Shown one piece after another: positions 29,861 through 40,557 of a DNA stretch of 64,000 bases (position 1 is its first letter; each line of letters starts with the position of its first letter). The notes beneath the pieces were generated by a model that was not told the DNA's origin, ran no database searches, and was given only the letters and a program-made list of their open reading frames with translations. The stretch is taken from positions 429,767-493,766 of the forward strand of contig CP011214.1 of assembly GCA_001029755.1 (NCBI GenBank). Reading direction: 5' to 3'. A program made the position numbers and the translations under genes. The DNA is from Candidatus Woesebacteria bacterium GW2011_GWF1_31_35. Lineage in GTDB: Bacteria > Patescibacteriota > Microgenomatia > UBA8517.

Positions 29861-31024
29861 ATGTTAAACATTAATATATGTGACAAACTAAATAAAAAAT
29901 CAATAGCTGTTATAAGGGCTATTGATATTAGAATTAGTCAAGCAGAATATGCTACGCGTTTTAAAAAGTTTAATTCGTTATATCTCTCAAATTACAACAA
30001 AGAAATAAAAAATTATCTTAAAAATAAATCAACTAAATATATATCTCTTGGTATGAAACCCATGTATTTTATTGACCCATTAAAATTTATTTCTGGAAAG
30101 ACGGTTCATCAATCATGGTTGGTTTTTAAACAAAAGGAACTAGAAAGAGTACTAAAAAAGATAGATTTTTATCAAATACAGGAACCATTTTTTTTATATT
30201 CCGGACAAGTTGCGGAAGTTTCTAAAAAATACGATAAGCCTCTAATTATGGCTCCATGGATGTGTTTTAAACATCCCTCCACTTATATTCCTCCATATTC
30301 CTTAAGTGTCAAAAAGTCACTTGAACAAACAGACCTCTTTATAATGAGAACTAACAAAGTAAATGACTATTTATCATTATTTAAATTATCAGATAAAAAG
30401 AAAGTACTTATCTATCATGGTGTTGATACAAAACGTTTTTATCCATTAAAAAATATAGATGATGATAAAGTAAGAATTCTTTTCGTGGGAGTGTTGGATG
30501 AAAGTAAGGGCTTAAATGATATTTTAGAAATTTTTCCTAAATTAGTAAAGTTAAGTAAAAAGAAGTTGGAACTTACCATTTGTGGAAGAGGCAATTTAGA
30601 AAAAAAAGTCGTCGAGATGTCTAGGAGTTTACCAATTAAATATCTAGGTCAAGTTTCTAGCTTAGATCTTCCTGAAATATATAGAAAGTCTGATATCTTT
30701 TGTGGTCCTAGCATAGATGCCTATTCTTTTGGATTAAAACGATGGGAAGAAGGATTCGGCTTTGTATTTGTTGAGAGTATGGCATCTGGTCTTCCTATTG
30801 TTACAAATGACTGCGGTGCAATAAAAGAGGTAGTAGGGGATGATAATTTTGTAAATAGACAAGGGGATCAGAAAAAATTAAAAGACTCTTTGTTAGAACT
30901 TATAAATAATGATAATATTAGAAAGAGTATAGGAGCTAAAAATAGAATTAGAGCTCTTGAAATGTTTGATATAGAAAAACAAGTTTCTAAAGAAGAGAAA
31001 GAAATAGAAAAACACTTTGGTTAA
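29861..31024 (+). CDS. GT4-family glycosyltransferase
   Basis: 387 aa. FCGPSIDAYSFGLKRWEEGFGFVFVESMASGLPIVTNDCGAIKEVV (EX7E). Confidence 0.8.
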   Translation: MLNINICDKLNKKSIAVIRAIDIRISQAEYATRFKKFNSLYLSNYNKEIKNYLKNKSTKYISLGMKPMYFIDPLKFISGKTVHQSWLVFKQKELERVLKKIDFYQIQEPFFLYSGQVAEVSKKYDKPLIMAPWMCFKHPSTYIPPYSLSVKKSLEQTDLFIMRTNKVNDYLSLFKLSDKKKVLIYHGVDTKRFYPLKNIDDDKVRILFVGVLDESKGLNDILEIFPKLVKLSKKKLELTICGRGNLEKKVVEMSRSLPIKYLGQVSSLDLPEIYRKSDIFCGPSIDAYSFGLKRWEEGFGFVFVESMASGLPIVTNDCGAIKEVVGDDNFVNRQGDQKKLKDSLLELINNDNIRKSIGAKNRIRALEMFDIEKQVSKEEKEIEKHFG

Positions 31025-34000
31025 TGTTTAAAAAAATATCTAAATATTTATTTATTGGCATATTTAGATTTATATATTTTTTACCAGTACTTGCGATTGT
31101 AATATTTTTAACTTTTCTTTTTGGACATAAAATTTTAGGTCCATATCTGGTTGGAAGTGATAATGCGAATTTTGTTACTTTAGCAGATTGGCTTTTAAAA
31201 TGGTTTCCTAAAATACCATTTTGGTTTCCACAAGAAGGTGGAGGTATGTCCATTACAACCTCCTATCCAATATTAAATCAATTGATTGTTGTCGTACTTC
31301 AGAAATTGACCAATATTCCAATTGTAGTTGTTTTTCGTATTTGGTCACTGATTACAGTTGTTTTAACTTCAATGGGATTATATTTATTAACTTTTAGATT
31401 GACTAAAAATCAGACGATAGCTGCAATATCCGCAATATTTTATCCTCTAATGCCAATAACTTGGATATTTTTACTTATGTGGGGTTTTGCTGCAGAGCAA
31501 TTATCATTAATATTTGTTCCACCTGTCTTAATTTTTGCACCTTTATTTTTAGATGAATATTATTTAAATGGGCTGACAAAAAAAGCGAAAATCTATTTCC
31601 TTATATTTCTTATAACAGTTGCAATTCTTCCTATTGCTCATCCCATGATGTTTATTGGGGTATTAGTATTTATTTTTGTTCTTTTTATTGTTTATCCGAT
31701 TATTGTTTTGAGAGAGTCAAAGGTAAAATTAAAAAAATTAGTTATTCTGGATTTAGTAGTAATGGTGATAATTATTTTTGCCACCTTGTATTGGACAATT
31801 CCCTTTATTAGTTATCAATCAAATGTTAATAAAGGTGCTCCTGTTGAGGCTGAAATATATAATCGTAATGTATATTTGCAAAATGGCATATATCCAATTA
31901 GTGTTTTTAATATTTCTGATGAATCTGCGGGTTATATAGATTACACAACCACCCCACGTAACATATCTGGTTGGGCATGGAGAAATGTTTCATTCCCCTT
32001 TATTATAAGTGTTCTTGCATTAATAGGTCTAATCGGTTCTTTTTTTCTCAATAGAAAAGTATTTGCATTTGGTATTGCTAATTTAGTTCCTTTAGCGATA
32101 GCAGTTTTTCCGAAAATTGATTTCATATTTTTAAAGTTTCCTTTGTCAGGCTTTATATTGAATTGGAGAGCGGGGATACTAATGTCCCGGTTTATTATCC
32201 CCCTTCTTGCTGGTTTTGGATGTTATGTATTGGCGTATCTTTTTACTTTTCCTTTAAACTTATTATCAAAATGGCTAAAAAACTCTTTTTTAAGTTTTTC
32301 TTTGAGAAGCCTTTTTGTTCTTATGTCAGGGGTTTTATCACTGGTGATAGCTGGGGTTCTTCTCTGGAATTTTAAAAGTTGGCCATTTAATAATCCTAAT
32401 TTTTTACTTTCACTTGGTACTGAAGTAGTTGTCCCAAGTGAAAGAATGGATCTTCGAAATATTTGGAGAGATGGTCCAGGTGACCCATGTTACGGTGGGG
32501 GAGTTTTGCCTACAAAAGACAATAAATTCCCTCTTTTTTGTCAGAATATACCTTTTCAGGAACATTTCTTGGCAGGTAAATTAGGTGAAGAGTGTAGTAA
32601 GTTTTCTGTCAAGGATGTTGAGATACCGAGTGATATTGTATCGCTTTGTAGTTTTAATCCAGATGAAGAAACCGTTCTTCGAATTTATAAAAAATGTGAG
32701 AGTAAAAATACTGATTTGTATTACTCTGATATTTGCCAATCAAAAGTTAAAAGTATTGGAGAACAATTAAATTTTAATAATTTAAAGGAAATTCTTGCTA
32801 AGAAGAATTTACTTAATAATGGTACGGAAATGTGGGGTAAAGAAATAGATTTATTTAAATTACTTCCAGACAATCCAAATACAAGGGTCGATATTGGAAC
32901 ATCAATTGGAGCATTTATGATGATGGAACCGTTTTATAGTAGTGTTCCAGAACTTCCTGTTTATTATAACACTGGTACATTAATGAAAACTCTGTGGAAT
33001 TACCAAATTGGAATATTTAATCAGAAAAAAACTGTCTGGCCCCAGGACAGTATTATGTACGAATTATCAAAATATTTTGGTCTTGAATATATGTTTTTAT
33101 CAGAAAATTTAGTACCGATCGATAAATATTTAAGGACTGGCTGGGAAAGAGTACACAAGTTGGAAAATGAACCATTGGAAGGACTTGCTCTTTGGAGATT
33201 TAATGAACCAACTAGCTTACTAACTGTAACTACAAGGCCTACAGTTCTTGTTATCGGACAAGATAAAGTGGATGGCTATTTTAGAACATTTCATCTAGCT
33301 AATTTAGGAACGATTTCGTTTAATGATGCCATTTTGGTTAAAGGGGATTCTTTTGTTGATAATTATACTTCCGAAGAACTTAAACAGTTTGACGTCGTAA
33401 TATTGGAAGGTTACGCATATAAAAAGCAGGCAAAAGGATGGAGGGTTCTTGATGAATATGTTAAATCAGGTGGTTCACTACTTATTAATAATGGTTGGCA
33501 GTTTTCAAGTGCAGATTGGAATATAGATAAAACACCTAATTTTTTCCCAATAGGCCAATTAGGTTGGATTGACCCAGGGAATGTAAACAATTTTTCTCTA
33601 ATAGATAACGAAATCGGAAGTGGAATAAATGTCGACAAATTTTCTCCTTTAGTTTATGGGGGTACCAATTGGAATATTTCTTCAGGCAATTTATCAAGCG
33701 TAAGAAATTGGGCAAAAGTAATTTTGTCTAATAATGAAAAACCTTTAATAGCTGGAGGACAATATGGTTCAGGAAGGGTTATTTGGATGGGTTTTGACTT
33801 ACCAGGACATATTGGGGCATATCAAGACAATGTTGATGAAATAAAACTTTATGGCAATTTGATTAAATATCTTCTTAATAATAAAACTGGGCAAGTATTA
33901 AAAGCTGGGTTTTCAAGAAGTTATCCTGATAGGTTGGAGATTACATTAAACGAGTCTTCGAATCAAAAGACAATTATTTATTGGAGTGAGGCGTTTTACC

Positions 34001-34308
34001 CCGATTTTAAGGCTAAATTAATTAGTCAGGGTAAATCAGAAAGAATAAAATTTTATAAAGCAGGTCCAGGAATGACTTTATTTAGTCTTCCAAATGTTAA
34101 GTCGGGCTCAAAAATTATCTATGAGTATAAAACACCAATTAAAATAACTATAGCTAAAGGAATTTCTATATTTACATTAATTGCCATTATTATGATAATA
34201 GTGTATCCACAATATTTAAATATAGTGATTACGATTTTATCTAGGTTAGCCGTAAAAGCAAAATTTAAAAAACATATATTTGGGGACGATGATGAATCGA
34301 ACTACTAA
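31024..34308 (+). CDS. Large polytopic membrane protein with ~650-aa extracytoplasmic domain and C-terminal TM anchor (YfhO/GT-C-like, hypothetical)
   Basis: 1094 aa. About 13 N-terminal TM helices, a large soluble domain and a final TM helix. Shares conserved blocks with the next gene (…GYAYKKQAKGWRVLDEYVKSGGSLLINNGWQ; NWAKVILSNNEKPLIAGGQYGSGRVIWMGFDLPGHI). Confidence 0.5.
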   Translation: MFKKISKYLFIGIFRFIYFLPVLAIVIFLTFLFGHKILGPYLVGSDNANFVTLADWLLKWFPKIPFWFPQEGGGMSITTSYPILNQLIVVVLQKLTNIPIVVVFRIWSLITVVLTSMGLYLLTFRLTKNQTIAAISAIFYPLMPITWIFLLMWGFAAEQLSLIFVPPVLIFAPLFLDEYYLNGLTKKAKIYFLIFLITVAILPIAHPMMFIGVLVFIFVLFIVYPIIVLRESKVKLKKLVILDLVVMVIIIFATLYWTIPFISYQSNVNKGAPVEAEIYNRNVYLQNGIYPISVFNISDESAGYIDYTTTPRNISGWAWRNVSFPFIISVLALIGLIGSFFLNRKVFAFGIANLVPLAIAVFPKIDFIFLKFPLSGFILNWRAGILMSRFIIPLLAGFGCYVLAYLFTFPLNLLSKWLKNSFLSFSLRSLFVLMSGVLSLVIAGVLLWNFKSWPFNNPNFLLSLGTEVVVPSERMDLRNIWRDGPGDPCYGGGVLPTKDNKFPLFCQNIPFQEHFLAGKLGEECSKFSVKDVEIPSDIVSLCSFNPDEETVLRIYKKCESKNTDLYYSDICQSKVKSIGEQLNFNNLKEILAKKNLLNNGTEMWGKEIDLFKLLPDNPNTRVDIGTSIGAFMMMEPFYSSVPELPVYYNTGTLMKTLWNYQIGIFNQKKTVWPQDSIMYELSKYFGLEYMFLSENLVPIDKYLRTGWERVHKLENEPLEGLALWRFNEPTSLLTVTTRPTVLVIGQDKVDGYFRTFHLANLGTISFNDAILVKGDSFVDNYTSEELKQFDVVILEGYAYKKQAKGWRVLDEYVKSGGSLLINNGWQFSSADWNIDKTPNFFPIGQLGWIDPGNVNNFSLIDNEIGSGINVDKFSPLVYGGTNWNISSGNLSSVRNWAKVILSNNEKPLIAGGQYGSGRVIWMGFDLPGHIGAYQDNVDEIKLYGNLIKYLLNNKTGQVLKAGFSRSYPDRLEITLNESSNQKTIIYWSEAFYPDFKAKLISQGKSERIKFYKAGPGMTLFSLPNVKSGSKIIYEYKTPIKITIAKGISIFTLIAIIMIIVYPQYLNIVITILSRLAVKAKFKKHIFGDDDESNY

Positions 34309-37001
34309 TGACAAAAAAAATAATTTTAATTATTTTAATTTTAATTTCTTTTGTGGTAGGTATTTCTGTTATTTATCTTATTTATTTACCTTTTGCTAAA
34401 GGATTTATATACCAAAAATGGGTAGTTGGCGATGCTTTAATGCATTTAGCTAATATTATTGCTATTAAAGTAAATCACCCCTTTCCAATAATGGCTTGGA
34501 AAGTTGAGTGGGGAGGTTATCCTCTAATTGAAGGGTACCCATGGCTTCATTACTATCTTATTCAACCAATACTTTCATTTTTTAGTAACCCTGGCATTGC
34601 AATGGATTACTATTCTGCATTCTTTTTATTTTTGTATTATGTTGTTAGTTTTATTCTTCTTTTTTATACATCTAAAAATTTCTTCTTAGCAATTCTTTTT
34701 ACAATAGTAATAATTTTTGGAGCTGATTCACAAATGCCCTTTTCTGTTAATGCCTTTATGACTTTTACGGCAAGTCAACTATTTTTACCATTAATTTTGC
34801 TGTTAACAATTATTGCTCGAGAAAAAGAAAACTTTAAAATATTAATTTTATCGGCAATCTTTCTTTCCTTTTCATTTTTTTCTCATGGTGCTATGACAGG
34901 AATGGTTATCGTTCCCATTATTTTTCCATTTTTAATAATCAACAAGGAAGGTAAAATATCAAAAACAACAATTATTAATACAATTAAGTATTTTATTGTT
35001 TTTTCTTTACTTTCAGCAATACAAATTTATCAATTTATTTCTTATTCTACGCAAGGATATTTAAGGGGAGTTAAAGTATTTCCACTGGACGTAATTCCAG
35101 CAAGACTAGTTAATCTTCTTTCCTGGATGAATCCTGTTTTAATCATTTTCGTTGCTTTATTTGTCCCATTATTAATTATTTCATTGAAGAAATATTTTTC
35201 AAAGTTAAAACCTTATTTATTATCTTTCTTTTTAATTTTATTTGTATTTACTTTAATGCTTTTTAATATTACTAGTATGAATTTGGTACTTCTAGCAGAA
35301 AGAGTACTATGGGCAATGACCTTAATTTTTCTAGTACTTCTATCAAAAATTATTGCAAATTTATCAAATTCAAAAGTAGTAAGAGTTATTTTTTGGATAA
35401 TTTCTCCAATTCTTCTAGTTGTTTATCTGTATTTTGTATTAATTGTGAAACCACCCCACCTTGTTCCTAATACTTTACAAGCAGTGGATCCGTATAATTA
35501 TAAACCTGTAGAAGTAAAAACTAATGTTACCCCAAGTGTAGTAGAATACCCTAACAAATTTGAAGAAATATCTTTGTATCCTCCTCTTTCTTGGAATAAT
35601 AAGTTTGATAATTATAGAACCGATGGTATTTCTTGGAGTATTTATTCAGCTTGGAATATTTGGACAACGAAAAATACTCGCTATAAAGGAAGATTTCCAG
35701 CTGCCAAAGATTTACCACTTGAGTGGTCAGGTCTAATTGGTGGAGCGGAATATGGAATTTTGGGAGAAGCTGGGACTCCTGATACTAGTAAATGGGCAAT
35801 AAATCAATCACTTTTCTTTTTTGATTGGTATGGGATTCGACATATAGAAATAGGATATGGAGATTATGAGACAGCTAAATATTTAAAGGAAGAGCCTTTG
35901 ATTATTAGTTCAGAACAAAGTTTAAACCTGACTTATAACGATATTGATAAAAAATTTGTAGGTCCAATATACACTCCAACTAATGCAAAAACAATTGCTG
36001 TAGTTTCACCTGAAATACAATATGATAATTTTATAAGGACTCTTTCATATTCTGAGATAAGATCAGAAAAATTAATTCCAATATATTTGGGTAAAAATTT
36101 AAGTTCCTTAAAGCAAAAAAACTTAAAAGATTTTAATGCAGTGTTTATATATGGTTATAAATCTTCAATGTTTTCATCAGGAACTTGGGTTGAACTAGCA
36201 GAATATGTTAAAAACGGGGGAAATTTAATTATAGAAACTGGCCAAAAGGTAGATCAAACAGAAGACATTAATTTACCAGAAGTTTTTCCAATTAGTAAAA
36301 CAAAGTTGACAGTAGTTACTAAGCCCTGGAACGTTTCTTTGGAAGATAACGAAATAACACAAAATGTATTAGCTTCCGATTTTAATCCCTTAAAAACTAA
36401 ATATCTTCCATATGCTGTCTCAGAAGCTACATCTAATAATATAAGAAATTGGGCTAAACCCGTACTTACAAAAGATGGTTCTATAGTTTTAGCATATGGA
36501 CGATTAGGGAAAGGAGGTGTTATTTGGAGTGGTATAAACCTTCCATTTCATGCAATTGATAACAGAAATACTTCCGAAACTGTTATCTTTGCCAATGCTA
36601 TTAATTGGTTTTTCCCAGAGTTTGATACTTCTATAACCGATTTTGAAGTGAGTCATTCAAAATCTGAAAAGATTATTATTAAATCAAATGAAGGTAGCGG
36701 ATTTTTAATCAAAGAAAACTACAATCCTGGTTGGAGTGCAAAATTAAATGGAAAGAGAGTAAAGATATACAAAGCTGGGTTAATGGAAATGTATATTCCA
36801 AGAGACAAAACAAGTAATAGCAAAGACCTTCTAGAGCTTACTTATTACGGGTCTCCAATTCATTGGATACTATTTATTATTTCTTCTATTTCTTTTATAG
36901 GAATTCTGGTATATTTGGTTTTTAATAAAAATGTTTTTTCTTTAAAAGATAAATTACCAAAATTAAATTTAATAAAAAAAGATAGTGAAGAAGATTATTA
37001 A
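34308..37001 (+). CDS. Paralog of 31024: large polytopic membrane protein with extracytoplasmic domain
   Basis: 897 aa. Same architecture. Matching blocks (…GYKSSMFSSGTWVELAEYVKNGGNLIIETGQK; NWAKPVLTKDGSIVLAYGRLGKGGVIWSGINLPFHA). Start overlaps the stop of 31024 (ATGA). Confidence 0.5.
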   Translation: MTKKIILIILILISFVVGISVIYLIYLPFAKGFIYQKWVVGDALMHLANIIAIKVNHPFPIMAWKVEWGGYPLIEGYPWLHYYLIQPILSFFSNPGIAMDYYSAFFLFLYYVVSFILLFYTSKNFFLAILFTIVIIFGADSQMPFSVNAFMTFTASQLFLPLILLLTIIAREKENFKILILSAIFLSFSFFSHGAMTGMVIVPIIFPFLIINKEGKISKTTIINTIKYFIVFSLLSAIQIYQFISYSTQGYLRGVKVFPLDVIPARLVNLLSWMNPVLIIFVALFVPLLIISLKKYFSKLKPYLLSFFLILFVFTLMLFNITSMNLVLLAERVLWAMTLIFLVLLSKIIANLSNSKVVRVIFWIISPILLVVYLYFVLIVKPPHLVPNTLQAVDPYNYKPVEVKTNVTPSVVEYPNKFEEISLYPPLSWNNKFDNYRTDGISWSIYSAWNIWTTKNTRYKGRFPAAKDLPLEWSGLIGGAEYGILGEAGTPDTSKWAINQSLFFFDWYGIRHIEIGYGDYETAKYLKEEPLIISSEQSLNLTYNDIDKKFVGPIYTPTNAKTIAVVSPEIQYDNFIRTLSYSEIRSEKLIPIYLGKNLSSLKQKNLKDFNAVFIYGYKSSMFSSGTWVELAEYVKNGGNLIIETGQKVDQTEDINLPEVFPISKTKLTVVTKPWNVSLEDNEITQNVLASDFNPLKTKYLPYAVSEATSNNIRNWAKPVLTKDGSIVLAYGRLGKGGVIWSGINLPFHAIDNRNTSETVIFANAINWFFPEFDTSITDFEVSHSKSEKIIIKSNEGSGFLIKENYNPGWSAKLNGKRVKIYKAGLMEMYIPRDKTSNSKDLLELTYYGSPIHWILFIISSISFIGILVYLVFNKNVFSLKDKLPKLNLIKKDSEEDY

Positions 37002-37029
37002 ATGATTTTTAAAAAATTAAATTTGTATT

Positions 37030-38280
37030 ATGAATAAAGATTTTCGCGTTGTAAAAAAATGTAGAATATGTAAATCTTCAAAGTTGTATAAATTCCTCGA
37101 TTTAAATAAGATGCCAATACCTAATGGATTTAGAAAAAAAGAGGATTTAAATAAAAAGGAACATAAGTATGAATTAGGTTGTTTTTTTTGTGAGAATTGT
37201 AGTTTAGTTCAGCTTACTATTGTAGTAAATCCTGAAATAATGTTTAAAAATTATTTATACTTTTCTGCACTCTCTAAGGTGATGATGAATAATTTTAGCA
37301 GCCTTGCTCATGAGGCATATTTAGCTGAAAACTTAGATGAAAATTCATTAGTTTGTGATATTGGATCAAATGATGGTAGTTTACTTAAATTTTTTAAATC
37401 ATATGATTCAAAAATTGTTGGAATAGACCCTGCTGAAAATATTGCCAAAATAGCTGAGTTGAGTGGAATCCCCACAGAAGTTGAATATTTCAATTCAATT
37501 TCAGCTAAAAAAATAAGAAAAAAGTACGGTTTGGCTGATGTTATAACAGCAACAAATGTTATAGCTCATACCGATAATCTATATGAAGTGTTTAAAGGAG
37601 TTGACATTTTACTTAAAAAAGATGGGGTTTTTATTACGGAGTTTCCATATTTAGTAGATTTAATTGATAAGCTTGAATTTGATACTATCTATCATGAACA
37701 TCTTTCCTATTTTTCACTTAAACCTTGGAATCTATTAGTAGAGAAATGTGGCTTTGAAATTTGTGATATAAGAAGGCTTGCCATTCATGGTGGTTCAATA
37801 AGAATTACCCATAGGAGAAAGAATAGAAATTTAAAAAATCCTGCCAAAAAAACTTTAGAGTTTTTATTAGATCTTGAAGAAAAAAAAGGATTGAGTAAAA
37901 AAGAAACGTATGATGAATTTAGCTTAAAAATTAATAAATTAAAGGAAGAACTGTTAACTCTGCTAAGATCATTAAAAAAAGATGGAAAAAAAATAGTTGG
38001 CTACGGTGCTGCCGCTAAGGGAAATGTATTAACAAATTTTTTTGGAATAGATACAAAAATACTGGATTTCATAGTTGATGCAACTCCTTATAAACAGGGT
38101 TTATTTACTCCGGGAATGAAAATACCCGTATATGCTGAAAATAGGTTGTTAAAAAAAATGCCAGATTATGCAATAATATTGGCATGGAATTTTGCCAATG
38201 AAATTATGGAAAAACAAGAAACTTTTAGTGCAAAAGGTGGAAGGTTTATTATTCCACTTCCTGAAATAAAAATAATATAA
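37030..38280 (+). CDS. NDP-sugar C-methyltransferase family protein (TylCIII/NovU-like; Zn-ribbon + MTase + C-methyltransferase C-terminal domain)
   Basis: 416 aa. N-terminal CRICKS...CENCSLVQL zinc ribbon. Central class-I MTase (VCDIGSNDGSLL). Conserved C-terminal domain (KIVGYGAAAKGNVLTNFFGI...DATPYKQGLFTPG) typical of sugar 3-C-methyltransferases. Confidence 0.75.
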   Translation: MNKDFRVVKKCRICKSSKLYKFLDLNKMPIPNGFRKKEDLNKKEHKYELGCFFCENCSLVQLTIVVNPEIMFKNYLYFSALSKVMMNNFSSLAHEAYLAENLDENSLVCDIGSNDGSLLKFFKSYDSKIVGIDPAENIAKIAELSGIPTEVEYFNSISAKKIRKKYGLADVITATNVIAHTDNLYEVFKGVDILLKKDGVFITEFPYLVDLIDKLEFDTIYHEHLSYFSLKPWNLLVEKCGFEICDIRRLAIHGGSIRITHRRKNRNLKNPAKKTLEFLLDLEEKKGLSKKETYDEFSLKINKLKEELLTLLRSLKKDGKKIVGYGAAAKGNVLTNFFGIDTKILDFIVDATPYKQGLFTPGMKIPVYAENRLLKKMPDYAIILAWNFANEIMEKQETFSAKGGRFIIPLPEIKII

Positions 38281-38286
38281 AAATTT

Positions 38287-38985
38287 ATGTATCTTAAAAA
38301 AACAGTTGCAGCAATTATTCCAGCAGGGAAAGATAGTAATTCAATATTAAAAGTGATTCAAGAGCTAGACGCTACAAGTTTTACTGATGAAATAATTATT
38401 GTTAATAATGGAGCAGATGAAAAAACCATAAATTTTGTAACTAAAACTCGTGCTAGATTTATTAAGACAAAAAAAATTGGGTTAGGGGATTGTCTTAAAG
38501 AGGGGTTTAGAAATACCAAAGCAGATTTAATTGTTGTTATTTCAGGAGATGGTTCATTTATGGGGAAAGACATTACAAAACTTTTATCATACAGTGAGGA
38601 TTTTGATACAGTTTTCGGTTCTAGAACACACTCACCTCTAATAGGGAAAGGGTCCGGTATGACTTTTTCTAGAAGATTAGTTGATGATTTATTCGGTAAA
38701 TTAATAAGTATTTTATTTTTATCATCAAATTTAACTGATGTTGGCTGTACTTTTCGTCTGACAAATAGAAAAGGTTTAAAGAAAGTAATAAAGTATTGTA
38801 AAAGCAAAGATGAGATTTTCTTAACAGAATGGCTTATTGAAGCTGCCAAAAATAAAGTTAGATTTACTGAAGTACCGGTTAATTTTATTTCTTCAACGGG
38901 GGACAGAAGAAAAGAAAATTTCTTTTTTTTAGCAACAAGGGCTTTTAAAATTATTTATCTTATTTTTAAAACCTATTTTAGCTAA
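38287..38985 (+). CDS. GT2-family glycosyltransferase (polyprenyl-phosphate sugar synthase-like)
   Basis: 232 aa. IIPAGKDSNSI...IIIVNNGADEKT...VVISGDGS pattern of GT-A fold DPM/GtrB-like enzymes. Confidence 0.65.
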   Translation: MYLKKTVAAIIPAGKDSNSILKVIQELDATSFTDEIIIVNNGADEKTINFVTKTRARFIKTKKIGLGDCLKEGFRNTKADLIVVISGDGSFMGKDITKLLSYSEDFDTVFGSRTHSPLIGKGSGMTFSRRLVDDLFGKLISILFLSSNLTDVGCTFRLTNRKGLKKVIKYCKSKDEIFLTEWLIEAAKNKVRFTEVPVNFISSTGDRRKENFFFLATRAFKIIYLIFKTYFS

Positions 38986-39684
38986 GATAAAAAGAACAAG
39001 AACTTTAAAAGTCCCGAGTGAATACTTTAAACTATTTTTAAAACTCGCTCCTCTTTTTTCGCCCGTGTAATTTGTTTCAACTGGTACTTCTCCGACCTTT
39101 GCCTTTGCAAATACGGCCTGCGCAATTATTTCAAAACTAAAAATATAATCATTTGAATTATTATTTATATTTATTTTTTCTAAAAGTTCTTTAGTGTAAA
39201 CTCTAAATCCTTGATGTAAATCATTTATTTTAATTCCTAAAACCAATCTATCTATAAAACTTAAAAACAGGAGGGGAATAACTTTCCAAACATACATTCC
39301 ATTTTTTAAGGGTTTATCTTTTGTGGTAAAACGATTACCCATTATAAATTCATAATTATTATTTTTGATTTTAAAAAGTGCTAGTGGAATTGCAGTAGGT
39401 TTATATTCTCCATCTGGATGAATATCAACTATTATGTCAGCTCCATCATTTAAAGCAAGAGAGATTGCTCTTTTAAGATTTCCTCCATAACCTAGGTTAA
39501 TAGGATTTCTATAGACTTTAAGTTTCTTTAATCTTTTTGCAATTTTATATGTTTCATCTTTTGAACAATCATCTACCAATATACATTCATCAAAATATTT
39601 TTTAGGTAAATTGGTCCAAAATTTTTCTAAAGAATCGGCAACATTGTATGCAATAAATATTGCTATTATTTTTTTATTTTTCAT
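38929..39684 (-). CDS. GT2-family glycosyltransferase (DPM1/GtrB-like)
   Basis: 251 aa. IAIFIAYNVADSL...ILVDDCSKDET...NLGYGGNLKRA...DIHPDGEYKP motifs of polyprenyl-phosphate glycosyltransferases. Confidence 0.75.
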   Translation of the reverse strand: MKNKKIIAIFIAYNVADSLEKFWTNLPKKYFDECILVDDCSKDETYKIAKRLKKLKVYRNPINLGYGGNLKRAISLALNDGADIIVDIHPDGEYKPTAIPLALFKIKNNNYEFIMGNRFTTKDKPLKNGMYVWKVIPLLFLSFIDRLVLGIKINDLHQGFRVYTKELLEKININNNSNDYIFSFEIIAQAVFAKAKVGEVPVETNYTGEKRGASFKNSLKYSLGTFKVLVLFILAKIGFKNKINNFKSPCC

Positions 39685-40498
39685 ATTTTTTTGCTGAAAT
39701 CATACCAATTGGGGATTTATTAAAAATATATAAAACAATTTCTATTATAATTGAAAGAAAAAGTAAAGGTGTAAGTAAAATAAAAATAATTAGATTACCG
39801 TTTGTTTTTATATTATCAGTTAAATTTATTTTTAAATAATTAAGAATACTTGCCATAAAACCCCATGGTGCATATTCAAAGGAAAATACTTTATCAACCT
39901 TTATTTTTTTAAAGCCTGAAGTTTTAAGTATTAATTTTAAGCCTTTATCTGTTAAATGTGATAAGTGTCTAGGAAGATCTTGGTGAAACCAATATTTACC
40001 AAATAATTTTGATTCAAGGCAGTTATATTTAGGATATTCAATAAAAATATAACCATTTTTATTTAAAAGATTATAAGCTTTATTAATATATTTTATAGGA
40101 TTAGAAGTGTGTTCTAAGCTTTCCCAAAAACATATACAATCAAATTTATTCTTTGTATCCCATTTTAATAAATTAAGTTTCAAAACTGATGGATTTTTTA
40201 CTTTTGAACCAATTGGTTCAATATTAGTAACTGAATATTTTTTTGGAAGGTTTTTATAATAGTTTGCTTCGCCTGATCCAACATCTAATATCTTCCCGTT
40301 TGAAAAAGATTTTATTATCCAATTAACTCTTCTTTTTTGGAATATATTAAATACAGTTTTTTTTATATTTCCTAATAAATTTTTTGATACCCAATAATTA
40401 TTTGAATAATATTTTTCAATATGAAGTGGAATAGGGTAGGTAAAGCCAATTTGAAGTTTTTGGTCAAAATTTATAATGAATTTTCTTTGCATGTACAT
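39674..40498 (-). CDS. Class I SAM-dependent methyltransferase with C-terminal TM helix
   Basis: 274 aa. ILDVGSGEANY motif I. FDCICFWESLEHT. Hydrophobic C-terminal segment. Confidence 0.7.
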   Translation of the reverse strand: MYMQRKFIINFDQKLQIGFTYPIPLHIEKYYSNNYWVSKNLLGNIKKTVFNIFQKRRVNWIIKSFSNGKILDVGSGEANYYKNLPKKYSVTNIEPIGSKVKNPSVLKLNLLKWDTKNKFDCICFWESLEHTSNPIKYINKAYNLLNKNGYIFIEYPKYNCLESKLFGKYWFHQDLPRHLSHLTDKGLKLILKTSGFKKIKVDKVFSFEYAPWGFMASILNYLKINLTDNIKTNGNLIIFILLTPLLFLSIIIEIVLYIFNKSPIGMISAKKYEK

Positions 40499-40557
40499 TA
40501 TTTAAATATGATTTTATCATACTTGGCTTACTATTATGTTTAGTGTAGTATTATTAA

